Assembly: GCA_030740155.1 (NCBI GenBank) | Contig: JASLXV010000006.1 | Span: 1 to 54,259, forward strand | Direction: 5' to 3' | DNA: 54,259 nt | From: Dehalococcoidia bacterium | GTDB lineage: Bacteria > Chloroflexota > Dehalococcoidia > Lucifugimonadales > UBA3495 | Shown here: in pieces, positions 1 to 8,333 of the stretch | Layout of the letters: every line of letters begins with the position of its first letter | How positions within the stretch are numbered: position 1 is the first letter of the stretch | Notes under the pieces: generated by a model | Databases searched by the model: none | What the model saw: only the letters and a program-made list of their open reading frames with translations | What the model was told of the DNA's origin: nothing | Position numbers and translations under genes: made by a program

Positions 1-101
1 AGGGGGTGGTCTCCCAGACGAGCAATGGTAAACTGTGGTGGGACAGCGGGACTCTCGCTTAAGATCGCACCAATCCTGTCCAACTGCGGGGGTCCACCTC
101 A
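1..101. mobile_element. Probable end (terminal inverted repeat) of an IS3-family insertion sequence extending off the left edge
   Basis: Ends ...CTGTCCAACTGCGGGGGTCCACCTCA (76-101), resembling IS3-family termini (TG...CA ends). It abuts the truncated integrase fragment. The partner IR is not in the window. Confidence 0.5.
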
Positions 102-103
102 GT

Positions 104-295
104 TCATTGTTCTTCTTGGTGTCTCTTATAGCCCCTCAGCAAAATAGCTAAATCTGAAGTTAAAGCTATATCTCGACGGCTCCGGGATGTCTTGGGTTCC
201 TTCAGGATAAATTCTCCCCTGACTCGTTGTAGAGTCCGCACTACTGAGAGTGTAGCCATGTCCAAATCAACGTCATGCCATTTCAAACCCAGCGT
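104..295 (-). pseudogene. Tyrosine recombinase / phage integrase internal fragment
   Basis: Translation TLGLKWHDVDLD...RTLQRVRGEFILKEPKTSRSRRDIAL matches the LGLxWxDVD and PKT..S.R.I.L integrase motifs. The N-terminus and the catalytic HxxR/Y region are missing. Confidence 0.8.
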
Positions 296-491
296 TCCAA
301 CGTTTGGCCGCTTCGGACAATAAGATTAAGCCATTTGAGTAATGCTCTCGAAGACAGAGCAGAAGAGCATCATACACCAGGGCTTCGATTGCTGATACAG
401 TCAGTCGAGGCTTGGGCGTCGGTTGGGACGTCGGTGTTGAAGTAGGTAAAGGTGTGGATGTAGGTACCGGTGTGGGCGTGCTGGACCGCAT
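273..491 (-). pseudogene. Fragment of a Pro/Thr-rich surface or lipoprotein linker
   Basis: STPTPVPTSTPLPTSTPTSQPTPKP low-complexity linker with no signal peptide. It runs into the integrase fragment. Confidence 0.35.
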
Positions 492-603
492 CGGCAGGTT
501 ATGTCTGGCGCCTGGCTAGCGGAAGGAGACCGCTCCAAGGTGGCTGGGTGGAGGTCCCAGGGAGTAATGCGGTCTGATAAAAGCGGATTTCTAGAAATCG
601 CGG

Positions 604-2460
604 TCATCGGGGAAAATGTTCATTAATCCACTCGTATTCCTCTTCCGCGGTATTGAAGTAGTTGAACCGGTGGAACAGCTTGGTAGGACCCCTGGATGTA
701 CGAATGTCGCTGCGCTTAGCCTGGGTACCCTTTTCATCGGTCGCCATGGTAACGGGGTCGATAACCACGCCGTAGTCATGTAGAGCGGCTTCAAGGCTGA
801 CAAACCCGTCTTTCACATCGTCATTCACCAGGTCGGGGTCCCGTTCCAGCGGGTCGCCCCAGCCGCCCCCGCCGGCGGTGTAGATCCTAACCAAATCCCC
901 TCGAGACCAAGTGTTATCGTCGGAGAAGGCCCGGACCTCTTTCTCTTGGCCGGTCCCTGGGTTCATCACGACCCTTGAGGTGCCGCCTCCCATTCCTCCG
1001 GCGACTCCCCACGTGGGGAAAATGCTATTTTCCACTCGGAGACCGAATGTACCGGCGTCCGCTAGAAGCCGGACATCTCTTATGACCCCGCAGCCGCCGC
1101 GGAATTTCCCGGGTCCGCCCGAGTCCGGCGCGATGGCGTAACGCTCCATGCGCAACGGAAACTCCATTTCCATGAATTCACCGGGGTAGTTCTCGTTGTG
1201 CCGCTGGTATATGGCGTCCAGCCCGTCGGCGAAGGGCCTAGCGCCATGTCCCACCGCTATCCCATCGGTACAAAGCAGCCATTGCCCAGTGTTGTCTTTC
1301 ATCCTCCAATAAACGATCACGTAAACAGCAGTCCCGGCCATAATCTGGCCATCGGTTGCTTGAGCCAAGACCGCCCGCACCGCGCCTTTCAGTTTGATAA
1401 AGGTATGGGCGCGACACCCCAGAGCCGCCGGCCATTCGGGTTGAAGGATACTGCCCGAGCGAAGTTGCACTTCGTCGATGGATTCCTGAAGGCCATGGTT
1501 GGACAGAAGGGACGTGTCGTATTGGTGGAAATACTGACCGAAGTAAGCCTTCAACGCGCCTGGGCTGGCCACGAAATTGATGGAGCCGTCGGCTTGGTCA
1601 TCGCTTTGAGTTGAGTCTAATACGATGTGGTCGCCCCGGCGGCTTAGCCGCAGATGGAAGGAATACCACCGGTCTCCCACGCCCGCGTGGTCCATGTAGT
1701 CTCTGACGCTGAAGTCCCCTTGGGGGATGACTTCCAACGCTTTTTCCCGAACCAGCGCCGCGGTATCGCGCTGGTCTTGTTCGATGGCCGTTTGCATGGT
1801 CTGGTTGCCGAACCGGTCGAACATCTCCAGCAACCGCTCTTGGGCCCGCTGGGCGGCCGCCATCAAGGCCTTGGAATCTCCCTCCAGCAGGTCAGGATAC
1901 CGGGAGTTTCGTAGGATGATTCGATAGGCTTCATCGTTTAGCCAGCCCTGGTCGATGATCTTGATGGGCGGTACCAGAGTGCCGTCGTGGAATATTTCCG
2001 TGTTGGCCGGCCCGATGCTGCCCGGCCGCGCGCCGCCCAAGTCCCAAAAATGAGCGAAGGAATGGCAATAAGCCACCAAGGCCCCTTCATGGAACACCGG
2101 CGAAATGAATACCATATCCGGCGTATGGGTAATGCTGCCCTGGGAAATATAGGGATCATTGTACCAGTAGAGGTCCCCCGGTTTGATGGTCTCCAGAGGA
2201 TAGTACTCCCACACGCAGCCCATGATGTCGCTTCCTTTGGTGTCGCCGTAGATCTCGTGACCCTGGGCGTCCAGAAAGCTGACGGTGTAGTCTTTCTTTT
2301 CACGAATAAACGCCGACATGGCGGTGCGTTCAATTATGAGTTCACACTCGAGCCTTGCCGCTCTAAGTGAGCCGCGTATAAGCTGGCGCGTCACCGGGTC
2401 AACAACGTTATCCGCGTTGCTGTGACCAGTTGTCTGCTCGTCTTGTCGAACCCTTGTCAT
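604..2460 (-). CDS. Hydantoinase B / 5-oxoprolinase family subunit
   Basis: 618 aa with motifs S..IRE..D, NDPY...THTPD, HFWDLGG..PGS, DSGGPGKFRGG and GGGGWGDPLERD. Adjacent to the A subunit. Confidence 0.92.
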   Translation of the reverse strand: MTRVRQDEQTTGHSNADNVVDPVTRQLIRGSLRAARLECELIIERTAMSAFIREKKDYTVSFLDAQGHEIYGDTKGSDIMGCVWEYYPLETIKPGDLYWYNDPYISQGSITHTPDMVFISPVFHEGALVAYCHSFAHFWDLGGARPGSIGPANTEIFHDGTLVPPIKIIDQGWLNDEAYRIILRNSRYPDLLEGDSKALMAAAQRAQERLLEMFDRFGNQTMQTAIEQDQRDTAALVREKALEVIPQGDFSVRDYMDHAGVGDRWYSFHLRLSRRGDHIVLDSTQSDDQADGSINFVASPGALKAYFGQYFHQYDTSLLSNHGLQESIDEVQLRSGSILQPEWPAALGCRAHTFIKLKGAVRAVLAQATDGQIMAGTAVYVIVYWRMKDNTGQWLLCTDGIAVGHGARPFADGLDAIYQRHNENYPGEFMEMEFPLRMERYAIAPDSGGPGKFRGGCGVIRDVRLLADAGTFGLRVENSIFPTWGVAGGMGGGTSRVVMNPGTGQEKEVRAFSDDNTWSRGDLVRIYTAGGGGWGDPLERDPDLVNDDVKDGFVSLEAALHDYGVVIDPVTMATDEKGTQAKRSDIRTSRGPTKLFHRFNYFNTAEEEYEWINEHFPR

Positions 2461-2501
2461 TCTCGGTACACCTCTTGAAGTCGGGAGTCAACCGCGCTGG
2501 G

Positions 2502-4556
2502 TTAATTGGGGCGAACGATACAGTTCCCGTAGTCGTCCACCAGGGTTGCCCACCCCGGATTAATGACCACCGTGGAATCCATCCCTTCCAGAATTGCCGG
2601 GCCCGAAACTGACGCGCCTGGAGCTAGCTGGTCGCGACTATAGATGTGGCAGGGGACGGAACCATTGGACTGGTCGAAATATACCTGGCGGCGGTCCAGA
2701 ATCGCCTTACTGGGAGAGTCCGAGCCGCCGGGCTGCCGGGGAATATCAACGGAGCCCACGTCGCCGGATACTGTGACCCTCAGTGTCACAATCTCGACGG
2801 GCTGGTCCAGGGCGAACCCGTAAAGCCGCTGGTGTTGGGAATGGAATGCTTGAATCAAAGCGTCCAAGGTCTCGCCTGTTGCTTGCCTGTCGCCCAGTGG
2901 GACCGTCACTTCCGAGCCCTGATGGGCGTATCTGAGATCGGCCGAACGAGAGAGAATGTGTACCTGTTGAGGCACACCTTCCTCGTTAAGCCAAGCCCGT
3001 CCCTCAGTCTCGAGTTCCGAGTAGACTCTTTCGATGCCATCCAGGTCGTATTCGGGTGCCTGCTGCAAGAAGGTCCTGGCGTAGTCGTTCTTAAATTCGG
3101 CGGCCAGGAGGCCGAAAGCGGAAGCGATTCCGGGGTTGAAGGGCACAACGACGCGGTTTATCCCCAATAATGTAGCCACGTCGATGGCGTGCATGGGGCC
3201 GGCGCCGCCATAAGCCACCAGCGTGAAGTCTTTGGGGTTGTGGCCCCTTTCGACGCTGATATTCCGAATAGCTCCAACCATGGTGTTGTTGGCGATCTTG
3301 AGAATCCCGTTGGCAGCCGCGTTTTGGTCCAACCCCAACGGAGAAGCGATGTGTTGTCCTATCGCTTCCGTTGCGGCCCGGCCGTCGAGGGACAGTATTC
3401 CGCCGGCAATTTCGGTATTGATCCGGCCCAGCACTAAATTGGCGTCGGTCACGGTGGGGGCCGTTCCGCCCTTGCCATAGCAGACTGGACCGGGAACCGA
3501 CCCGGCGCTGGCGGGTCCGACGGACAGGCCGCCGTACGGGGAGACCGCAGCGATGCTTCCGCCCCCGCATCCAATGGTCACTATGTCCAGCATTGGCAAC
3601 TGGATGGGCCAGTCGCCCAGGATCCCTGCCAAATTGGTGACCGGGTGCCGTTCTCTCACCAAAGATACATCGGTGCTGGTGCCCCCCATGTCGAGGGAGA
3701 TGCAATTTTGGTCGCCGGTGCTCTCGGCGATACGCAATGTCGCCATGACGCCGGCGGCAGGCCCCGACAGCGCGGTGTGAGCCGGTTGGCGGACCGCCAC
3801 GCCGGATCCGACGATGCCGCCATTGGACTTCATAATCGACAGGGTGGACTCGACCTTCATCCCGCCCAACGCCTGTTCTAGATTGCCTATGTAGGTGCTT
3901 ACCAGGGGCATAACGTAGGCGTTCAACACGGTGGTTATGGTCCGCTCATACTCTCTGAACACCGCCAGTACTTCCGAGGAGAGGGAAACTTGAGCGTTGG
4001 GGAACTCGTCAAGGATTAACTCCCGAGCGCGGCACTCATGATCACTATTGGCGTAAGAATGCAGGAACGACACGGCAATGGACGAAATGCCCTCATCGCG
4101 AAATTTCCGGGCCGCCATCCTCACCGCCGCTTCGTCCAGCGGAATCAGGACCTCCCCATCTGAACTCACCCGTTCCGGCACCTCCTCGATATCCCGGGGA
4201 CGCACGGGACGTTCCGGTTTGATCCACGAGTTGGGATTGACCAGGCGCGGCGTGCCATGGCGGCCGATTTCCAGAACGTATCGAAAACCCTCCGGCACCA
4301 AGACACCGACCCGAGACCCTTTGCTTTCCAGAATCGCGTTGGTGGCTATCGTGGTCCCGTGATAGATGTGTTTAACCTGAGCGGCCTCGACCCCGCTGGA
4401 CTCCAGAATCTTCTGAAGGCCGGTCAAGAATCCGGCGCTTGGATCGTCGGGCGTCGAGGGAGTCTTGAAGACACTTTGCTGGTTGGTGTCCAGGTTGCAA
4501 AGAACGACGTCCGTGAAGGTACCGCCAACGTCAACAGCTACCGAATAGGTGTCCAT
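2502..4556 (-). CDS. Hydantoinase A / 5-oxoprolinase family ATP-binding subunit
   Basis: 684 aa with motifs VDVGGTFTD, HGTTIATNA, EYERTITTVLNAY, SGPAAGV, DMGGTSTD, GPVCYG.GG..PTVTDA and YGGAGPMH. Confidence 0.93.
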   Translation of the reverse strand: MDTYSVAVDVGGTFTDVVLCNLDTNQQSVFKTPSTPDDPSAGFLTGLQKILESSGVEAAQVKHIYHGTTIATNAILESKGSRVGVLVPEGFRYVLEIGRHGTPRLVNPNSWIKPERPVRPRDIEEVPERVSSDGEVLIPLDEAAVRMAARKFRDEGISSIAVSFLHSYANSDHECRARELILDEFPNAQVSLSSEVLAVFREYERTITTVLNAYVMPLVSTYIGNLEQALGGMKVESTLSIMKSNGGIVGSGVAVRQPAHTALSGPAAGVMATLRIAESTGDQNCISLDMGGTSTDVSLVRERHPVTNLAGILGDWPIQLPMLDIVTIGCGGGSIAAVSPYGGLSVGPASAGSVPGPVCYGKGGTAPTVTDANLVLGRINTEIAGGILSLDGRAATEAIGQHIASPLGLDQNAAANGILKIANNTMVGAIRNISVERGHNPKDFTLVAYGGAGPMHAIDVATLLGINRVVVPFNPGIASAFGLLAAEFKNDYARTFLQQAPEYDLDGIERVYSELETEGRAWLNEEGVPQQVHILSRSADLRYAHQGSEVTVPLGDRQATGETLDALIQAFHSQHQRLYGFALDQPVEIVTLRVTVSGDVGSVDIPRQPGGSDSPSKAILDRRQVYFDQSNGSVPCHIYSRDQLAPGASVSGPAILEGMDSTVVINPGWATLVDDYGNCIVRPN

Positions 4557-4677
4557 AATTCACCCTTGATCGCCCCATAGTGTGTGCCGGTTCAGAGCCA
4601 TTGGGCCGGGTTTGATCAAGTACTGCACTTGCCCAGGGCGCTTATAAACATGGCTGGGGCAGCGCCATTTTAGCCCC

Positions 4678-5247
4678 TCAGATGCCCTTCAACAAAACGG
4701 CACCAAGCATCGCCCGCCTCCGGCGTTGCCCTGCCGTGGGGACCGGTGTTACCAGGGCCGTGGGAACCGGTGTTACAGGGGCGAGTTGTTTAGTGCTTCT
4801 GGTCTTCTCTCCATCTGATGGCACCGGGGTTCCGGCATCGGCTGCACCCGGAGGCAAACGGGAAAAGTCTAGCGTTACTGCACGGTCCCGATCCATTAAG
4901 ACTGTGGCTTTGTTACTTCTGCCATCCCATTCTGCGCCACCGACCGCATGTAGTTTCCAACCAGGCGCAGGTAATGCACGGACTACGACCCATTCACCCC
5001 ATCGGTACTGACTTGTCTCGCTGCCCGGGTCCAATCTGTAATCGCCTCCATCCCAGGGCTCAGTGATTACATCAAGCATCACCGTCCGATTCGAAGCATT
5101 GTTTGGTTGGTCAGAACTCCCGCTCGAACCTAATCCACAACCGACACTGATAGCGAGAGCCACTAGAACGCCGAATCATATGAGACTAGACAAAATCAAC
5201 TTTCTTGTTATCTTTGATTGACTCGATAGGTTGGATGCCAGGTCAAT
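4678..5247 (-). pseudogene. Degraded lipoprotein with a divergent InlB B-repeat-like domain
   Basis: The frame reads KITRKLILSSLI*FGVLVALAISVGCG, a signal peptide and lipobox interrupted by a TGA. It continues with Y.WG..V.V.A.PAPGW....GG...VLMDRDRAVTLDF and Pro/Thr repeats. An upstream GGAGG is followed by ATT rather than ATG. Confidence 0.55.
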
Positions 5248-5298
5248 GGTCCTCCGAAAGACTCCTAGATATTAAACCCTGCAATTGGTCGGTGAAAC

Positions 5299-5569
5299 TG
5301 ACCTGCCCTCTAAGTTTGTACCACTTACTATGTTAGTCCGGCAAGGGCTGGGACTGTGTCAGCAGCCAGGACTGCCTGTGGCGCCGGCGGTCTGTAGCCC
5401 AGGGAGCTGTGGGGCCTGATCCGGTTGTAGGTCTGCCTGTACGTCTCTGTCAATACCTGCACCTCCTTCATGACCTGCTCTGGTTTATGCTTCTTCCTTG
5501 GCATTTCTCCCCCTTTCTCCGGCCCAGGTTACTAACATTACACCTGGACCAGTTTTCGGGGGCAGGTCA
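5299..5569 (-). mobile_element. Internally deleted IS3-family (IS407-group-like) element, 271 bp, MITE-like
   Basis: Imperfect terminal IRs: TGACCTGCCCTCTAAGTTTGTACCA..ATGTTAGT versus TGACCTGCCCCCGAAAACTGGTCCA..ATGTTAGT. The internal ORF 5504->5328 is an OrfA N-terminus (MPRKKHKPEQV) fused to an OrfB C-terminus (YNRIRPHSSLGYRPPAP). Confidence 0.88.
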
Positions 5570-5572
5570 ACG

Positions 5573-5774
5573 ATGCTAGACGCGGTCTACGTGGGTCCTG
5601 TTGAAGAGAAGTCGGTGGTTGCCATCCAGCCCAAGCCTGCGTTCCGGCCACTGTTCGAGATAGCTACGACCCGGAAAGGCAGCGAAGTGGTCCTGATAAA
5701 AGAGCCGCCTCAAGCTACAAATGAGCCTGAGACGACCGATTCGTGTTCTTGGTGGAGACGGGGGAGGGTCGAAC
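5573..5774 (+). pseudogene. C-terminal fragment of an ssrA-targeting serine recombinase (Dehalococcoides DsiB-like)
   Basis: MLDAVYV..VEEKSVVAIQPKPAFRPLFEIATTR...CSWWRRGRVE. The WWRRGRVE tail is encoded by the antisense tmRNA 3' end, as in Dehalococcoides ssrA-island recombinases. The 5' part is replaced by the IS remnant. Confidence 0.7.
5750..5774 (-). mobile_element. att site: copy of the tmRNA (ssrA) 3' end
   Basis: The minus strand reads GTTCGACCCTCCCCCGTCTCCACCA (T-loop, acceptor stem, CCA). Similarity stops at the T-loop, so this is not a complete tmRNA. Confidence 0.8.
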
Positions 5775-5939
5775 GATACCGTGAACACAGCTTGGCGCTG
5801 TTGGTGGCCCTCGCTTGGGCCGTGGGCAGGCCCGCTCAGGACCTCTCCAAATCCGCTAGAGTCTCGTTTACGAGCTCCCGCAACCTCCACACTCTCGGGT
5901 ATCTTCTCCCACAAGCGCGGTCCCGCTATCGCTGACAGT

Positions 5940-6326
5940 CTACACTTGCCCGTCTGCTGTTGGCCTCGCGAACTTCATGGACATGGAGTTCACGCAATGC
6001 CGAGCGTTGGTCGCGGTCAGGCGTTCCCCAATAAAGACGTGACCTAGATGGCCTCCGCAGTTGGCGCACTCGATCTCCGTTCGCATACCGTCGGGGTCAG
6101 GTAATCGGTTTACGGCTCCAGGTATCTCCCGATCGAATGCTGGCCAGCCACAATGAGCGTCAAACTTGTTATCGGATCGATAAAGGTCTGCATTGCACCG
6201 CCGGCAGATATACACGCCTTCCTCATAAAAGTCGTCGTATTCTCCTGAAAAAGGCGGTTCCGTGCCCTTCCTTTCTATTACCGATCGCTCCTCCGCCGTA
6301 AGCGGATTGTATTTCGAGGCGTCCAC
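5940..6326 (-). CDS. msrB: Peptide methionine-(R)-sulfoxide reductase
   Basis: GTEPPFSGEY, Zn-binding CRRC and CANC, KFDAHCGWPAF, GHLGHVF and catalytic RHCVNS. GGAAGG RBS upstream. Confidence 0.96.
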   Translation of the reverse strand: MDASKYNPLTAEERSVIERKGTEPPFSGEYDDFYEEGVYICRRCNADLYRSDNKFDAHCGWPAFDREIPGAVNRLPDPDGMRTEIECANCGGHLGHVFIGERLTATNARHCVNSMSMKFARPTADGQV

Positions 6327-6761
6327 GTTCGAACCTTCCTTCCTTTGATGTTCCGTCTCCGCTCCCGACTAGTTCCCTTGGAAGTCCACCGGCTAATCAC
6401 GGCAACTCAGAGAGCAGAATTTGGTTCAGTTCGGCACTGTTAGCAAATCAGGGCCTCCGTCGTCCGCGGAGATTCCTTGGATAGCCAGATTAAAAGTTGT
6501 GCGTTAGTCGTCTTATTCCATACTGCCAGATACAGAATTAGAACATCACGTATGCCACCGACGGGAGGGGTTGTATCCGCCGTCCCGCCCCATCATGTCT
6601 GGTATTCTTGGGTCGGTTAGCAAAACGTCGGCAACATACCATAGCTGGCCCAGATACGAATGGCGAGGGTGCTTGTGTTGACAACCAGCACAAATGGGAC
6701 AGTTTGGGACCCGCGAGATCAGGGGTGTGGAAGAGCTTGGGTGAACTCCCTGAGGATCAGT

Positions 6762-7242
6762 AGTGTAGTCTTCACCTCGACGGCCGTGCCCTTGCTGATT
6801 TCTGACTGGGACACATCTGCTCTTTTCTGGAAGTAATGTACCTTCATTCCAGGAGCTCACGCCACTTCCACTTTCTCGGGTTTTCTTACCTCCCAATGTA
6901 TCCCATTATCGCTGACGGTCTACAGTCAGCTTCCGGCGGGTTGGATTCGCGGCAAGCAAGACACTCCATAGGTGCCAAGTCCCTTATTGAATGGCCGTGG
7001 CCTCGAGGAGCTTATCGACTTGACGACGTTCTCGGCAGCACGAGGTATCCAGGTGCTCCTATCGGCAACCTTACCGCAAGTGCACCGGCTTGGCGAGCCA
7101 CCAGACCACCTTCTCTCGAACTTGCGCGTGGGACCCCAACGGGCATCGGCGAAGGTCCACGCTGACCCTACAAGACTACTTTGAACACGCCGCGGCAGAC
7201 TGGTTAGAGTGTCCCCACTCGGCTGCCGGAGAGGTCACCACC
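6762..7242 (-). ncRNA. OLE (ornate, large, extremophilic)-like RNA, compact variant of about 480 nt
   Basis: No credible ORF here. The 5' GUGGUGACCUCUCCGGCAGCCGAGUG pairs with the 3' CACGGCCGUCGAGGUGAAGACUAC, and GGGACAC (7215-7209) pairs with GUGUCCC (6814-6808). The ordered blocks CUCUAACCAGUC, UUGUAGGGUCAGCGUGGACC, GCGCAAGUUC, GGUGGUCU, ACUUGCGG, AUAGGAG, GUCAAG, AAGGGACUUGGC, CUAUGGA, AACCCGC, GGUAAGAAAA and AGAAAUCAGCAA match the OLE consensus as I recall it. Exact ends are approximate. Confidence 0.82.
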
Positions 7243-7245
7243 TAT

Positions 7246-7254
7246 ATCTTACCA
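7246..7254 (-). promoter_or_regulatory. Extended -10 promoter for the OLE-like RNA
   Basis: Minus-strand TGGTAAGAT (TGn + TAAGAT) lies a few nt upstream of the predicted 5' helix. No good -35. Confidence 0.55.
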
Positions 7255-7536
7255 CCTACCTCCGGGCTACTGTCGGGTGCATTCTCTCCGGGAGGTGTTC
7301 GGCGCCCGAGACGCTCTCTCGACCCGCCGGCACCGGACGGGCTGGAACCCGGGCCGGGCCGCCGCTCCTAAGTACGGGGCCAGCCAGATCAGGAACAGTA
7401 GAAATCGCCGTAGACCAGCGCCATGTGGCCTACCCGTCGACAGCACGCTAGGTGTCTTCTATCAATCCCTTGCGGTACGAGCGTATCATCTAGCTGGCGC
7501 GCCGGTGCCCAAATCGCCCAAGCCCCCGCGAACCGA

Positions 7537-7562
7537 AGTGGACCCATCAGTGGACCCATCAG
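7537..7562. repeat. 12-bp tandem direct repeat
   Basis: AGTGGACCCATC twice, followed by AG. Confidence 0.7.
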
Positions 7563-7594
7563 ATGGACGGACACGCGGTGAATCCCACCCGATC

Positions 7595-8263
7595 CTAAAC
7601 GCCCCAGTCCTCCAGGGTGTAGGCCATCTCCCAGAAGCGGTGCTCGAGACGGAGGCTGGTCAGGTAGGCCTCACCCATGGCGGCCAACTCGCCGGGTCCG
7701 GCCCCCTCGCCGATGCGGTCCGCCAGGGAGCGGATGGCCTGAGCCAGCTCCGCAAATTCCGCGGAGGAGTACATCTGAACCCACTGACAGTAGAGGGGGG
7801 CCCGCTGGGGCTCACCCAGGCGAGCCAGGTGGTCTCCGATCTCCCAATAGCCCCACTGGCAGGGAAGAAGAGAGGCTACCAGCTCCCCGAAGCTGCCCTG
7901 GTGGGCCACTTTCAGGAGAAAGCTGGTATACGCCAGCGTGGCCGGGGCGGCCTCCGTGGCCTCCAGCTCCGGCCGGGTAATGCCAAACTCCGCGCAGTAG
8001 CCCCGGTGCAGCTCCATCTCGGTGTTGAGGGTCTCGTCCAAAAGCCCGGCGAACCAACCCATGGTCTCCAGGTCGGGAGCGCGAGCCGCGGCCAGCGCCA
8101 GCACCCGGCTGTAATCGATCAGGTAGACGTAGTCCTGCATCACGTAGTATCTGAATTTCGCCGCATCCAGGGTCCCATCGCCCACGCCGGTTATAAAAGG
8201 GTGGGCCAAGATGGCTCGGCGCAAGGGCAGCGCCCGGAGTTCGATGTCGTCGGCGAAGCTCAA
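7595..8263 (-). CDS. tenA: Thiaminase II / TenA family protein
   Basis: HPF..G.GDGTL..KFRYYVMQDYVYL, E..LH, LPCQWGYWEIG (catalytic Cys), Y.QW..MYSS.EF and LEHRFWEMAY. TTG start behind GGAG. Confidence 0.93.
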   Translation of the reverse strand: MSFADDIELRALPLRRAILAHPFITGVGDGTLDAAKFRYYVMQDYVYLIDYSRVLALAAARAPDLETMGWFAGLLDETLNTEMELHRGYCAEFGITRPELEATEAAPATLAYTSFLLKVAHQGSFGELVASLLPCQWGYWEIGDHLARLGEPQRAPLYCQWVQMYSSAEFAELAQAIRSLADRIGEGAGPGELAAMGEAYLTSLRLEHRFWEMAYTLEDWGV

Positions 8264-8304
8264 GTTGACGCTCCGGCTCAATGTGGCCTTGCCTGATGAT
8301 GCTG

Positions 8305-8333
8305 ATTGTAGGGGGAGGAGCAGGGGCAGTCAA
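8305..8333 (-). promoter_or_regulatory. Sigma70-type promoter of tenA
   Basis: TTGACT-N17-TACAAT on the minus strand. Confidence 0.7.

Noticed and set aside
5750..6110. Complete tmRNA gene
   Set aside because: Only 25 nt of the 3' end match. The rest of the expected span is occupied by msrB and unrelated sequence.
6762..7242. RNase P RNA or group II intron
   Set aside because: No GAGGAAAGUCC RNase P signature, no GUGCG 5' end or domain V motif, and no RT ORF.
6546..7371. Short ORFs overlapping the OLE-like RNA (6546-6896, 6836-7165, 6972-7184, 7090-7371)
   Set aside because: No motifs or convincing RBS, and the region is better explained by RNA structure.
7277..8296. 339-aa plus-strand ORF
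   Set aside because: Antisense shadow of tenA in GC-rich DNA.
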